In this document: piece by piece, positions 18,171 through 28,114 of the stretch
How positions within the stretch are numbered: position 1 is the first letter of the stretch
Layout of the letters: each line of letters starts with the position of its first letter
Origin: a bacterium
Lineage (GTDB): Bacteria > Desulfobacterota > Binatia > HRBIN30 > CADEER01
NCBI GenBank assembly: GCA_031401035.1
Contig: JANNRA010000032.1
Location: forward strand, 59,472 to 123,471
Length of the DNA: 64,000 nt
Direction: 5' to 3'
Position numbers and translations under genes: made by a program
Notes under the pieces: model-generated
Databases searched by the model: none
What the model saw: only the letters and a program-made list of their open reading frames with translations
What the model was told of the DNA's origin: nothing

Positions 18171-20699
18171 TCACGATCGAGGCGCGAAGAACGACTGCAT
18201 CTCGCTGAGAACCATATCGGTGTCGCCGATGACGCGGCGGGCTGGGGGCAGCGAGGCGAAGAAGACGCCGCCGTAGCGCTTGTGGACGATGCGGCTGTCG
18301 AGAATGACGACGCAACCGCGGTCGCTGCGGCTGCGGATCAGGCGTCCAAAGCCCTGCTGCAACTTGATCGCCGCCTGCGGCAGGGCGCGCTCGGCGAAGG
18401 GATTGCCGCCGCGTGCGGCAAGGGCTTCGACGCGCGCCTCCTCGAGCGGCTCGGTGGGGACGCGGAAGGGCAGGCGCGCAATGACGACGCAGCGCAGCGC
18501 ATCGCCGCGGACATCGACGCCCTCCCAGAAGCTGTCGACGGCGAAGAGCACGGACGCCGGGGTGGCGACAAAGCGCTGCAGGAGCACGGGGCGACTGACT
18601 TCGCCCTGGCGCAGTGGCAGGTAGCCGGCGTGGCGCAGGTCGTCGGCGAGTGCCGTCCAGGCGTGCGTCAGGGCGCTATAGGAGGTGAACAAGAGGAAGG
18701 TGCCGCCGCGTGTGACGTCGATGATGCGGCGGATGGCGGCGTGGCTGGCGGCGTCGTGACCGACAGCGGTCGGTTCAGGCAGGTCGGCCGGCACGGCGAG
18801 CAGAGCCTGGCGCGCGAAGTCGAAGGGCGACGCGACGCGTAGCGTCTCGACGCGCTCCGGCGGGTCGATGCGGTCGACGCCGATGCGCTGGTGCAGAAAG
18901 TCAAAGCGCCCCTCGACGGTCAGCGTCGCCGAGGTGAGCACCGTGGTGGCGAAGGGGGCGAAGAGGCCCTTGGCGAGCAACGGCCCGACGTCGATCGGCG
19001 CCTGGTGCAGCGACAGGCTGGGCCCGCTGCGGCCGCGTTCGCGGCGCTCGAGCCAGGCGCACTGCCGCGGATCCTCCTCCGTAAAGGCGAGGAGACTGGC
19101 GGCCGTGCCGCGCAGTCGAGCGGCGATGGCGCCGAGCTCGGTGGCGAGGTAGCGGATCTGCGGCGGCGCGTTCTCGGAGAGCAATTCGAGACGTTCGAGC
19201 ACGCCGCCGAGATCGGCCGCGAAACCGTCGAGCGCGGTCGCCAGGCGACCGCTGCGCTCCAGCACGACGCGCCAGAACGGGCCCTCGCGCAGCGCTTCGG
19301 TCACCCGGCGCTTCTCTTCGCGCTCGCCGGGGCGGCGGTCGGGCAGGGCCTCGAAGGCGACGCGCAGGCGGATGAAGTCCTCCTCGGCGTCGGTCGCGAG
19401 GACGCTACAGGCGGGCAGCAGGCGGCTGTCGATCCAATGCGCCGCACCGTGCGCCGCCGGGGCGTCGGCGGGATCGTCGATGGCGTCCAGCGCCAGCGCC
19501 AGCGCCGGCAGCAGTCCCTTGCCCGGATTGCGCCGGCTCTGCAGGCGGGCGAAGGCGCGCTCGATCATGCCCAGCCCCACCTGACTGCCGAAGTAGGCGG
19601 TGGCGACATCCTCGAGATGGTGCGCCTCGTCGATGATGGCGCGCGTGCTCGGCGGCAGGACGCCGTTCTGGCTGTAGTCGCCGACCTCCGCGCGCAGCGC
19701 CAGATCGGCCATCAACAGGTGGTGATTGACGACCAGCACGTCGGCGGCGGCGGCGGCGCGCCGGGCGGTGTAGAAGAAGCAACTGGAGTAGTGCGGGCAG
19801 CGCGCACGCAGGCAGTTGTCATTCTCCGATACCACGTGCTCCCACACCTCCGGGCGCGGGCGTACCGGCAGATCGGCGAGACTGCCGTCGCTGGTGCGGT
19901 GTGCCCAGTCGAGCACCTGGCGCAGCTCGCCGAGCAGCTGGTCATCGACCAACTGCGCCGGCTGCGCCGCCGCCTGCGCCGCCTTGCGCTTGCACAGGTA
20001 GTTGCCACGCCCCTTCACCAGCGCGACGCGCACCTCCAGGCCGGCGCGCTTGGTGAGCAGCGGCAGGTCCTTGGCGACCAACTGTTCCTGGAGATTGATG
20101 GTGTGGGTGGAGACGACGACGCGCTGGTGATTGGCGCGGCTCCAGAGGATTGCCGGCACCAGATAGGCGAGCGATTTGCCCGTGCCGGTGCCGGCCTCGA
20201 CGCTGAGCGCCATGTCGTCGTTGAAGGCGGCGGCGACGGCACCGAGCATGGCGAGCTGCTGCGGGCGGTGCTCATAGCCCTCCAGCGCGGCACCGACCCT
20301 CCCGCCTGGCTCGAGTAGAGCGGCCGCGGCCGTCGCATCGAGCGTCGTCGGGACGCGCTCGGCGTGCGCCTCGACGACCACGTAGACGTGCTCGACGGCA
20401 TTGTCGACGATATAGGCGCCGACGCCGCCGTTGCCGAGCGTCGAGGCGATCGCCAGATCGGCATCAGAGGGTGTCAGGGCGCCGCTGGGATGATTGTGGA
20501 TCACCACCTCGCCGGGGCGTGGTACCTGCATGATCGCCGGCGCGGCGTGACGGTTGCCACGCGCCAGGACGCGCACGCTGGTGACGAGGCGGTCCTCGAG
20601 TCCGCCGAGCACGAAGACCTCGTTGCCGCCGGCGTCGACGATGGCGGCGCGCAGCGCCGCCGCGGCCGCGTTGGTGAAATGCTCGGACACCATCGCCAT
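18171..20699 (-). CDS. DinG/XPD-family Fe-S ATP-dependent DNA helicase with an N-terminal RadC-like JAB/MPN domain
   Basis: N-terminus has VVIHNHPSGALTPSDADLAIASTLG...GAYIVD (RadC/JAMM H-x-H-P-S-G...S..D). Then come Walker A GTGTGKSLAYL, four Cys (CLRARCPHYSSCFFY), DEAH (IIDEAHHLED) and a C-terminal helicase domain (...QGFGRLIRSRSDRGCVVILDSR). Confidence 0.8.
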   Translation of the reverse strand: MAMVSEHFTNAAAAALRAAIVDAGGNEVFVLGGLEDRLVTSVRVLARGNRHAAPAIMQVPRPGEVVIHNHPSGALTPSDADLAIASTLGNGGVGAYIVDNAVEHVYVVVEAHAERVPTTLDATAAAALLEPGGRVGAALEGYEHRPQQLAMLGAVAAAFNDDMALSVEAGTGTGKSLAYLVPAILWSRANHQRVVVSTHTINLQEQLVAKDLPLLTKRAGLEVRVALVKGRGNYLCKRKAAQAAAQPAQLVDDQLLGELRQVLDWAHRTSDGSLADLPVRPRPEVWEHVVSENDNCLRARCPHYSSCFFYTARRAAAAADVLVVNHHLLMADLALRAEVGDYSQNGVLPPSTRAIIDEAHHLEDVATAYFGSQVGLGMIERAFARLQSRRNPGKGLLPALALALDAIDDPADAPAAHGAAHWIDSRLLPACSVLATDAEEDFIRLRVAFEALPDRRPGEREEKRRVTEALREGPFWRVVLERSGRLATALDGFAADLGGVLERLELLSENAPPQIRYLATELGAIAARLRGTAASLLAFTEEDPRQCAWLERRERGRSGPSLSLHQAPIDVGPLLAKGLFAPFATTVLTSATLTVEGRFDFLHQRIGVDRIDPPERVETLRVASPFDFARQALLAVPADLPEPTAVGHDAASHAAIRRIIDVTRGGTFLLFTSYSALTHAWTALADDLRHAGYLPLRQGEVSRPVLLQRFVATPASVLFAVDSFWEGVDVRGDALRCVVIARLPFRVPTEPLEEARVEALAARGGNPFAERALPQAAIKLQQGFGRLIRSRSDRGCVVILDSRIVHKRYGGVFFASLPPARRVIGDTDMVLSEMQSFFAPRS

Positions 20700-20761
20700 C
20701 GGGGCGGTGTATCAGATCCGCACCACTTCCGCCGCCGGGGCCGGTGGTGTAGCAACGGCGC

Positions 20762-21631
20762 ATGGCCCCGACGACGACCACGCTCGGCCTCGTCCAGATG
20801 CGCTGCGGCACCGATGTCGCCGCCAATCTGGCCACCGCCCTGGCGCGCATCAAGGAAGCGGCGGCCGGCGGCGCCGAGATCGTCTGCCTGCAGGAACTCT
20901 TCCGTTCGCAGTACTTCTGTCAGGCGGAGGAGACGGCGACCTTCGATCTCGCTGAATCCATTCCGGGTCCCAGCACCGTGGCGATCGGCCGCGTCGCCAA
21001 GGCCTGCCGGGTCAGCGTCGTCGCGTCGCTGTTCGAGAAGCGCGCCGAAGGGGTGTTTCACAACACGGCCGTGCTGATTGACCCCGACGGCGCGATTTCC
21101 GGGCTGTATCGCAAGATGCACATCCCCGACGACCCCCTCTTCTACGAGAAGTACTACTTCACGCCCGGCGACATCGGCTTCAAGAGCTTTGCCACCGCCG
21201 GCGCCAGGGTCGGTGCACTGGTCTGCTGGGACCAATGGTTTCCGGAGGCCGCCCGCCTGACGGCCCTGTCCGGCGCCGAGATCCTCGTCTACCCGACTGC
21301 GATCGGCTGGCAGCCGCGCGAGAAGGCGGAGTTCGGTGCCGCCCAGCACGACGCCTGGCAGACCATTCAGCGCAGCCACGCCATCGCCAATGGCGTCTTC
21401 GTCGCCGCCGTCAACCGCGTCGGCATCGAGGGCGGTCTCGAGTTCTGGGGCGGTTCCTTCGTCGCCGACCCTTTCGGTCGGGTGCTGGCCCGCGCCAGCC
21501 ACGATCAGGAAGAGATCCTCATCGTTCCCTGCGACCGCCGCCTGATCGGCGAGACGCGCCGCAACTGGCCGTTTCTGCGCGACCGCCGCATCGACGCCTA
21601 CGACGGTCTCCTCAAGCGCTACCTCGACTGA
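20762..21631 (+). CDS. aguB: N-carbamoylputrescine amidase (carbon-nitrogen hydrolase family)
   Basis: Nitrilase-superfamily catalytic residues (E..K..C: ...VCWDQWFPE...). It is adjacent to the agmatine deiminase gene. Confidence 0.8.
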   Translation: MAPTTTTLGLVQMRCGTDVAANLATALARIKEAAAGGAEIVCLQELFRSQYFCQAEETATFDLAESIPGPSTVAIGRVAKACRVSVVASLFEKRAEGVFHNTAVLIDPDGAISGLYRKMHIPDDPLFYEKYYFTPGDIGFKSFATAGARVGALVCWDQWFPEAARLTALSGAEILVYPTAIGWQPREKAEFGAAQHDAWQTIQRSHAIANGVFVAAVNRVGIEGGLEFWGGSFVADPFGRVLARASHDQEEILIVPCDRRLIGETRRNWPFLRDRRIDAYDGLLKRYLD

Positions 21632-21729
21632 CTCCCCCCTCCCGCCGCAGGGGGGGCAGGAGGACCGGAGCGTAATCCGTGATGCCCCAGGCCCCGCGTT
21701 CAAAGAGTCCCGCCGCCCTCGGCTTCCGC

Positions 21730-22788
21730 ATGCCGGCCGAGTGGGAACCGCACGCCGCGACGTGGCTGTCTTGGCCGCACAAGGAGTCGTCCTGGCCGGG
21801 CATGATCGAGCGCATCCCGCGCTACTGGGTGGAAATGACGCGAGCCCTGACCCCGGGTGAGCGGGTCGAGATCCTCGTCAACGCCGCGGCGCCGGCGGCG
21901 CATGTGCGCGCCGCTCTGGCGGCCGGCGGCGTGCCACTCGATCACGTCGGCCTGCACGAGGTGCCGACCGATGACGCCTGGATGCGCGATCACGGCCCGA
22001 CGTTCGTGACGCGCGCCGACGGCTACGCGCTGATCGACTGGCGCTACAATGCCTGGGGCGGCAAGTACCCCCCCTGGGAGCAGGACGACCGCGTTCCCGC
22101 GGCACTGGCGGCGCGCCTGGCGGCGGCGCGCTTCGAACCAGGACTGGTGCTCGAAGGGGGTTCGATCGACGTCGACGGCGTCGGCACGCTGCTCACCACC
22201 GAACAGTGTCTCCTCAACCCCAACCGCAATCCGGGCCTGGATCGCGCCGCTATCGAGCGCGCGCTTTGCGACTTCCTCGGCGTGCGCCGGGTCCTCTGGC
22301 TGGGCGACGGCATCGTCGGCGACGACACCGACGGTCACGTCGACGACATCACGCGCTTTGTCGCCCCAGCGACCGTCGTCACCGTCATCGAAGACGATCC
22401 CCGCGACGCCAATCACGGCCCGCTGCTCGACAACCTACGCCGCCTGCACGCTATGCGCGACGCCGCCGAGCGCCCGCTGCGCGTCGTCACGCTGCCGATG
22501 CCGAAGCCGATCGAGCACGAAGGGCAGCGACTGCCGGCCTCCTACGCGAACTTCTACATCGCCAACGCCGCCGTGCTGGTACCAGTGTTCGGTTGCGCAA
22601 ATGATGCGCGCGCGGTGGCGACCCTCGCGGAGCTGTTCCCGACGCGTCGCATCGTCGCCATCGATGCGACCGATCTGGTGTGGGGGCTCGGTGCCTTTCA
22701 CTGTGTCACCCAACAGCAACCTGCGGCGCCGGGCCCGGCCGCGGTGATGGCATCAACGGAGGACGCGGCGCCGTCGCGCCGCGTCTGA
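21730..22788 (+). CDS. aguA: Agmatine deiminase
   Basis: MPAEWEPHAATWLSWPH, ...DDAWMRDHGPTF..., and GDDTDGHVDD...GAFHCVTQQ (catalytic Cys) match the porphyromonas-type peptidyl-arginine deiminase/agmatine deiminase family. Confidence 0.85.
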   Translation: MPAEWEPHAATWLSWPHKESSWPGMIERIPRYWVEMTRALTPGERVEILVNAAAPAAHVRAALAAGGVPLDHVGLHEVPTDDAWMRDHGPTFVTRADGYALIDWRYNAWGGKYPPWEQDDRVPAALAARLAAARFEPGLVLEGGSIDVDGVGTLLTTEQCLLNPNRNPGLDRAAIERALCDFLGVRRVLWLGDGIVGDDTDGHVDDITRFVAPATVVTVIEDDPRDANHGPLLDNLRRLHAMRDAAERPLRVVTLPMPKPIEHEGQRLPASYANFYIANAAVLVPVFGCANDARAVATLAELFPTRRIVAIDATDLVWGLGAFHCVTQQQPAAPGPAAVMASTEDAAPSRRV

Positions 22789-22876
22789 CCCCAGCGCAGC
22801 GGCGCCACGCCCTCCACTGGCAGCGTCGGGCCAGGGCGGATAAGCACAGCCAACGCGACGATTTTCGGAGGACGAT

Positions 22877-23557
22877 ATGGGACGCATCGCAATACTCGGC
22901 GGTACAGGACCTGAGGGCATCGGGCTCGGGCTGCGCTTCGCCCTGGCGGGTGAGGAGGTGACGATCGGGTCGCGCCAGGCCGAACGGGCGCAGGAGGCTG
23001 CGCGCGACATGCAGGCGAAACTGGCCGCGGTGGGATGCCGCACCCCGGTGCACGGTGCCGACAACGCGGGCGCGATCGGCGGCGCCGACATTGTCACTGT
23101 CGCGTTTCCCTATGCCGGCGTCGCCGATCTGCTGCCTGCGCTGGCGGCGCAACTGGCGGGCAAGGTAGTGCTCGACGTCATCAATCCGCTCACCCGCATC
23201 AACAAGGTGTTCGGCTTGGCGCCGGTGGCACAGGGCTCCGCCGCCGAAGCGATTCAACAGTTATTGCCGGAGAGCTTCGTGGTGGCCGGCTTCAAGAACG
23301 AGAGCGCCGAGGAACTGGTCGAGATCGACCATCCGGTCGAGGGCGACGTGATCATCTGCGGCGATCATGGCGAGGCAAAGGGCCGTATCGTCGACCTGGT
23401 GCGGCGCATCCCCAACTACCGCGCCGTCGATGCCGGCGCGCTCCTCAACGCGCGCTTCACCGAGGGCATCACCGCCATGCTCCTGAACATCAACCGGCGC
23501 CACAAGGCCATCACCTCGGTGCGCATCCTCGGGCTCGACGGCGGCGGCGCGCACTAG
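22877..23557 (+). CDS. NADPH-dependent F420 reductase (Fno/NpdG family)
   Basis: MGRIAILGGTGPEGIGLGLRFALAGEEVTIGSRQAERAQEAA... is 226 aa and closely resembles the NpdG/Fno N-terminal Rossmann fold. A GGAGGA RBS lies 8 nt upstream. Confidence 0.75.
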   Translation: MGRIAILGGTGPEGIGLGLRFALAGEEVTIGSRQAERAQEAARDMQAKLAAVGCRTPVHGADNAGAIGGADIVTVAFPYAGVADLLPALAAQLAGKVVLDVINPLTRINKVFGLAPVAQGSAAEAIQQLLPESFVVAGFKNESAEELVEIDHPVEGDVIICGDHGEAKGRIVDLVRRIPNYRAVDAGALLNARFTEGITAMLLNINRRHKAITSVRILGLDGGGAH

Positions 23558-23613
23558 AGGGCGGCGGCCGGCCCCTGCTGGCGGCCGCCCGCCCGCCGGT
23601 CCGTCGGGGCGAT

Positions 23614-25617
23614 ATGACCACACTGACGCCGCGCCTTGAGCGCGGGCGGCTGCAACTCGGGGCCGGCGAGGTGCGCATCGACAATGCCACCTGCGCGCTC
23701 GTTGTCGAGCGCGCCTGGCGGCGGTTGACGTGGCAGGCTGACGCTCTCGTGCCGACAGGCGACGGGTGGTCGGCGCTGTGGGCCGAGACGGGGCTACGCC
23801 TCGACCTCACGGCGCAGGAACGCGACGGCGGCCTCGTGCTCAGCGGCAGCCTCGAGCATTGTGGCGACGTGCCGCTGCGCCTGCTCAGCGCCGCGCCCCT
23901 GGCAGTCGTCGGCGCGGCGGGTGTGCGCGTCGGCGCGGACGCGGCGCAGTGGTCGGTGTACCGCAACGGGTATCAGTCTTGGAGCGGCACGCGTGCCTAC
24001 GGCGTCAAAGAGGCCGATGCGGATCCGTGGTGGGAGTTTCTGCGCGACGTGCATACCGACCCGGTGCACCGCGCCGGCGGCAGCGCTGGCGCCTTCCGCT
24101 CCGATCTGGTGACGGCGATCGTCGACCGCGCCAGCGGTGCGGCGCTGGCGATCGGCTTTCTCGACACCGCCCGCTTCGTCGTCGCCGTCGAGGTGGACGC
24201 ACCGGGCGGACAGTTCGCGCGCCTGGCGGCGGTCGTCGACGGCGACCGCGTGACAATCCGTCCCGGACAGCGTCTGGCCCTGCCGGCGCTCTGGCTCGCG
24301 GCCGGCTGCGATGGTTGGTCGCTGCTCGCGCAGTGGGCGAGTGCCTGCGGCGCGGCGATGCAGGCGCGCGTGCCCGCGCAGACGCCGATCGGCTGGTGCT
24401 CTTGGTACTACTACTTCACCCGCGTCAGCGAGGTCCACGTCCTGGATGCCGTCGATTCATTGAGCCGCCTGCGCTCGCGCATCCGCTGCGATTACGTGCA
24501 GGTCGACGACGGCTATCAGTCCGCCATCGGCGATTGGCTGCAGCCGAACGCGAAGTTTCCGCACGGCATGCGGTGGCTGGCCCAGCGCATCGAAGCGGCC
24601 GGCTTCGCCGCCGGTATCTGGTTGGCGCCCTTCCTCGCGCGCCCCGAGTCGCGCCTCTTTCAGTCGCGTCCGGAATGGTTCGTCCGGACGCCGACAGGTG
24701 CTCTGCGCTGGGGCTGCTGGAACCCCGCCTGGGGCTTCGGGCGACCGGCGTACGCGCTCGACACGACGCGCGACGACGTGCTCGCCTGGTTGCGCGACCT
24801 CGCCCGCACGCTGGTGCACCAGTGGGGGTTTCGCATTCTCAAACTCGACTTCCTGTATGCCGCGGCGCTGCCGGGCGTCCGCGCCGACCCTGCGGCGACG
24901 CGCGCCGAAGCGCTGCGCCGCGGTCTCGAGGCCATCCGCGAAGGCGCGGGGCCAGACGCGTTCCTGCTCGGCTGCGGGTGCCCGCTTGGACCGGCCATCG
25001 GGATCGTCGACGGCATGCGCATCGGCGCCGACGTGGCGCCGTTCTGGGAGAATGCGGTCAGTCGCGGCCCGAATCGCGGTCGGCACGGCGTCGCGACGAG
25101 GCATGCGCTGCGCAACACCTTGACGCGCGCGTTCATGCACCGCCGGCTCTGGCTCAACGATCCGGACTGCCTCATGGTGCGCGCCGCCGACACCCGCCTG
25201 CAGCCGGCCGAGGTCCAGTCGCTGGCCACCGTCATCGCCGTGACCGACGGAATGTTGGTACTCAGCGACCGCCTCGAGGCGCTTCCGCCCGAACGGCTGG
25301 CGTGGGTCGAACGGATGCTGCCGCTGCTCGGCGGTGCGGCTCGGGTCGACGACCTCTTCGAGCGCGACCTGCCGGAGATCCTGCGCGCCCGCTACGATGA
25401 TGGTGAGGCGGTGGCGGTGTTCAACTTCAGCGCCCGCGTGGCTGATCGACGGGTTCCCGTCGACGCGGATGCGTCGACGGTCGAGGAACTATGGAGCGGC
25501 GCGTTGCTGCCGGTGATCGGCGGCGTCGTGCACCTGGCAGGTGTTCCGGCGCACGGCTGTCGCCTCCTGTGGGTGGCGCGGCCGGGGTCCGTTGATGGTG
25601 CGGCAGCGCCAGCGTAG
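23614..25617 (+). CDS. Alpha-galactosidase (GH36, melibiase family)
   Basis: ...GWCSWYYYF...VQVDDGYQ...ILKLDFLYAA...LLGCGCPLGP...RLWLNDPDC matches the GH36 catalytic core. Start is at MTTLTPRL; the long upstream ORF extension was rejected. Confidence 0.75.
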   Translation: MTTLTPRLERGRLQLGAGEVRIDNATCALVVERAWRRLTWQADALVPTGDGWSALWAETGLRLDLTAQERDGGLVLSGSLEHCGDVPLRLLSAAPLAVVGAAGVRVGADAAQWSVYRNGYQSWSGTRAYGVKEADADPWWEFLRDVHTDPVHRAGGSAGAFRSDLVTAIVDRASGAALAIGFLDTARFVVAVEVDAPGGQFARLAAVVDGDRVTIRPGQRLALPALWLAAGCDGWSLLAQWASACGAAMQARVPAQTPIGWCSWYYYFTRVSEVHVLDAVDSLSRLRSRIRCDYVQVDDGYQSAIGDWLQPNAKFPHGMRWLAQRIEAAGFAAGIWLAPFLARPESRLFQSRPEWFVRTPTGALRWGCWNPAWGFGRPAYALDTTRDDVLAWLRDLARTLVHQWGFRILKLDFLYAAALPGVRADPAATRAEALRRGLEAIREGAGPDAFLLGCGCPLGPAIGIVDGMRIGADVAPFWENAVSRGPNRGRHGVATRHALRNTLTRAFMHRRLWLNDPDCLMVRAADTRLQPAEVQSLATVIAVTDGMLVLSDRLEALPPERLAWVERMLPLLGGAARVDDLFERDLPEILRARYDDGEAVAVFNFSARVADRRVPVDADASTVEELWSGALLPVIGGVVHLAGVPAHGCRLLWVARPGSVDGAAAPA

Positions 25618-25626
25618 GGTGCTGCC

Positions 25627-26634
25627 ATGACAGAGACCGCCCCGGCGCGCAGCGGCGAGGAACTGGCCGACGCCTTCGCCCGCCTCGATCAGCCGGCCGT
25701 GTACTCGCCAGCCGCCTGTGACGCGATGGCGGCGACGATCGCCCGCATCACGGCGCTCAAGCGGGAGCGCGACGCGGTCATCTTGGCGCACAACTACCAA
25801 CGGCCCGAGATCTTCGAGGTCGCCGACTTCGTCGGCGACTCCCTCGAACTGGCGCGCCAGGGACAGCAGATGCCGCAGCAGACCATCGTGCTGTGCGGCG
25901 TGCACTTCATGGCCGAGTCGGCGAAGATTCTCTCGCCGGACAAGACGGTGCTCATCCCCGACCTGCGCGCCGGCTGCTCGCTCGCCGACAGCGTCGACCC
26001 GGAGGGCCTGGTCGCACGCCGCGACGAACTGCGACGCCTCTATCCAGACCTGCAGGTGGTCGCCTACGTTAACACCACCGCCGCCGTGAAGGCGGTGGTC
26101 GATGTCTGCGTCACGTCCGCCAACGCGGTGGCGATCTGCGCGAAACTGCCGACCCAGCACATTCTATTCGTGCCCGACGAGCATCTCGCCAACTACGTGC
26201 AGCAGGAAACGTCGAAGACGGTGATCAGCTGGAGCGGCAACTGTTACGTGCACCATCAGATCACACCCGAGAACATCCTCTCGGTGAAACGCGGCCTCCC
26301 GAACGTCAAGGTTCTGGTCCATCCCGAATGTCGCAGTGACGTCATCGCCCTGGCCGACGCGGTGCTGTCGACCAGCGGCATGGTGCGCTACGCCAAGGAG
26401 AGCCCGGCCCAGGAGTTCCTCATCGTCACCGAGTGCGGTCTGTCCGACAAGCTGCTGCTCGAGGTACCGGAGAAGACCTTCTACAAGGCATGCAAGCTCT
26501 GTCAGTTCATGAAGATGATCACGCTGGAGGCTACCGAGCGGGCGCTGACCCACCGGCAGTTCGAGGTCGTCCTGGATGAGTCCGTCCGCCAGGGCGCCGA
26601 GCGTTCGCTGCGGCGCATGCTCGAACTGAGCTGA
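25627..26634 (+). CDS. nadA: Quinolinate synthase
   Basis: ...ILAHNYQRPEI..., VHFMAESAKIL, and ...VHPEC...TECGL... give full-length NadA similarity. Confidence 0.9.
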   Translation: MTETAPARSGEELADAFARLDQPAVYSPAACDAMAATIARITALKRERDAVILAHNYQRPEIFEVADFVGDSLELARQGQQMPQQTIVLCGVHFMAESAKILSPDKTVLIPDLRAGCSLADSVDPEGLVARRDELRRLYPDLQVVAYVNTTAAVKAVVDVCVTSANAVAICAKLPTQHILFVPDEHLANYVQQETSKTVISWSGNCYVHHQITPENILSVKRGLPNVKVLVHPECRSDVIALADAVLSTSGMVRYAKESPAQEFLIVTECGLSDKLLLEVPEKTFYKACKLCQFMKMITLEATERALTHRQFEVVLDESVRQGAERSLRRMLELS

Positions 26635-26642
26635 CGCCCGGC

Positions 26643-28001
26643 GTGGCGTTCGCGGGCATCTCGCCGTCGACCTCGCGGGTCGACCTGCTGCGGATCATCT
26701 GGGCCCTTGCGTGGCCGGCGATCATGACCTTCGGCCTCGAGTCGCTGGTCGGTCTGATCGATGCGCTGATGGTCGGCCGGCTCGGCGCCGCCGCGGTCGC
26801 CGGCGTCGGGGTCGGCACGCAGGTGCTGCATGCGGTGGCGGTGATGAACATGGCGCTGGCAACCGGCACCGTCGCCCTGGTCGCTCGTCATTTCGGGGCG
26901 GGCGAACGCCAGGTCGCGGAGGGCGTCGTCGGGCAGTCGCTCTATCTCGCCGTCGTCCTGGCGTTGGGCATCGCCGTGCCGGTGTTTGTCTGGGCGCCGG
27001 AGGTGGTTGCGATCTTTCGGGTCGAGCCGGCGGTGCAGGTCGCCGGGGCGGAGTTTACGCGTGCGATCATGTTCGCCGTACCGCCCATGGCGATTGTCGC
27101 GGTCATTTCGGCCGGGCTGCGCGGTGCCGGCGACATGCGCACACCGCTGGTCATCGGCGGGCTGGTCAACCTCGTCAACGTCGTGGCGGCGTACGCGCTG
27201 ATCTTCGGCAAGTTCGGTGCGCCGGCGTTGGGCGTGCGCGGGGCCGCCGTCGCCAGTGCGCTGGCGTTCCTGGTCGGCGCCGGCGTCGGCGTGCTGGCGC
27301 TCAGGCGTCCCGGCGCCGCGCTACGGCTCGACTGGCGTCACCTGATCCCGCACGTCGCCCTGGCGCGCCGGGTGGTGGCGGTCGGTGGTCCGACCGGACT
27401 GGAGCAACTGCTGATGCAGGCGGGCTTTCTGCTCTACCTGGGCATTGCGGCACGCTATGGGACGGCGGCCGTCGCCGCCTACTTCATCGGCGTGCGCATT
27501 CTGGCGCTCTCATTCCTGCCTGGCTTCGGTTTCAGCGCGGCGGCCAGCACGCTGGTCGGGCAGCAACTCGGCGCCGGCCATCCGGACGGCGCGGCCCGCA
27601 GCGCCTGGGAGGCCAACCGCCTGGCGATGATCCTGATGTCGGCGGCCGGCATCCTCATCTTCGTCTTCGCGCGTCCCATCGTGACGCTCTTCATCGACGA
27701 CATCGCGGTGATCGACGCCGCGGTCAGTTTCATGCACGTGCTGGCGCTGGCGCAGCCGCTCATGGCGGCGGATTCGACACTTGGCGGCGCGCTGCGCGGT
27801 GCCGGCGATACGCGCTTTCCGCTCGTGACGGTGCTCGCCGGCTTTTACGGTGCCCGACTCGGACTCGCCTGGCTCTTCGCCTACGTGCTTGACCTGTCGC
27901 TGGCGTGGGTGTGGGGCGCGCTGCTCGGCGATTACCTCCTGCGCGCGGGGCTGAAGGCATGGCGTGTGCACGGTGGGCACTGGAAGCAGATCCGCGTCTG
28001 A
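26643..28001 (+). CDS. MATE family efflux transporter
   Basis: The product is 452 aa with 12 predicted TM helices. The N-terminus, WALAWPAIMTFGLESLVGLIDALMVGRLGAAAVAGVG, is typical of NorM/DinF. Confidence 0.8.
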   Translation: MAFAGISPSTSRVDLLRIIWALAWPAIMTFGLESLVGLIDALMVGRLGAAAVAGVGVGTQVLHAVAVMNMALATGTVALVARHFGAGERQVAEGVVGQSLYLAVVLALGIAVPVFVWAPEVVAIFRVEPAVQVAGAEFTRAIMFAVPPMAIVAVISAGLRGAGDMRTPLVIGGLVNLVNVVAAYALIFGKFGAPALGVRGAAVASALAFLVGAGVGVLALRRPGAALRLDWRHLIPHVALARRVVAVGGPTGLEQLLMQAGFLLYLGIAARYGTAAVAAYFIGVRILALSFLPGFGFSAAASTLVGQQLGAGHPDGAARSAWEANRLAMILMSAAGILIFVFARPIVTLFIDDIAVIDAAVSFMHVLALAQPLMAADSTLGGALRGAGDTRFPLVTVLAGFYGARLGLAWLFAYVLDLSLAWVWGALLGDYLLRAGLKAWRVHGGHWKQIRV

Positions 28002-28030
28002 GGCGCGCGCCGGCGAGTCGCGCATCGCGA

Positions 28031-28060
28031 TTGACAGTACTTCCCGGGCGCGAGTATGCA
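28031..28060 (+). promoter_or_regulatory. Candidate sigma-70-like promoter upstream of the cytochrome c/cyclase pair
   Basis: TTGACA, then an 18-nt spacer, then TATGCA; it is about 55 nt upstream of the 28115 ATG. Confidence 0.3.
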
Positions 28061-28114
28061 GCGGACGTCGTCGTCGGACCTGGCGACGTGACGACAGCCC
28101 AGGGGGGATCGGTG

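Noticed and set aside
21632-21678. Poly-C / poly-G stretch (cccccctcccgccgcagggggggcagg) between aguB and aguA as a terminator or slippery tract.
   Set aside because: It is an imperfect short inverted repeat with no U-tract, and the two genes are almost certainly co-transcribed. It is more likely just an RBS-containing spacer (GGAGGA).
23035-23613. A 193-codon N-terminal extension of the GH36 alpha-galactosidase ORF overlapping the Fno gene.
   Set aside because: The extension is Arg-rich junk overlapping a well-supported gene in another frame. GH36 homology begins at the internal Met at 23614.
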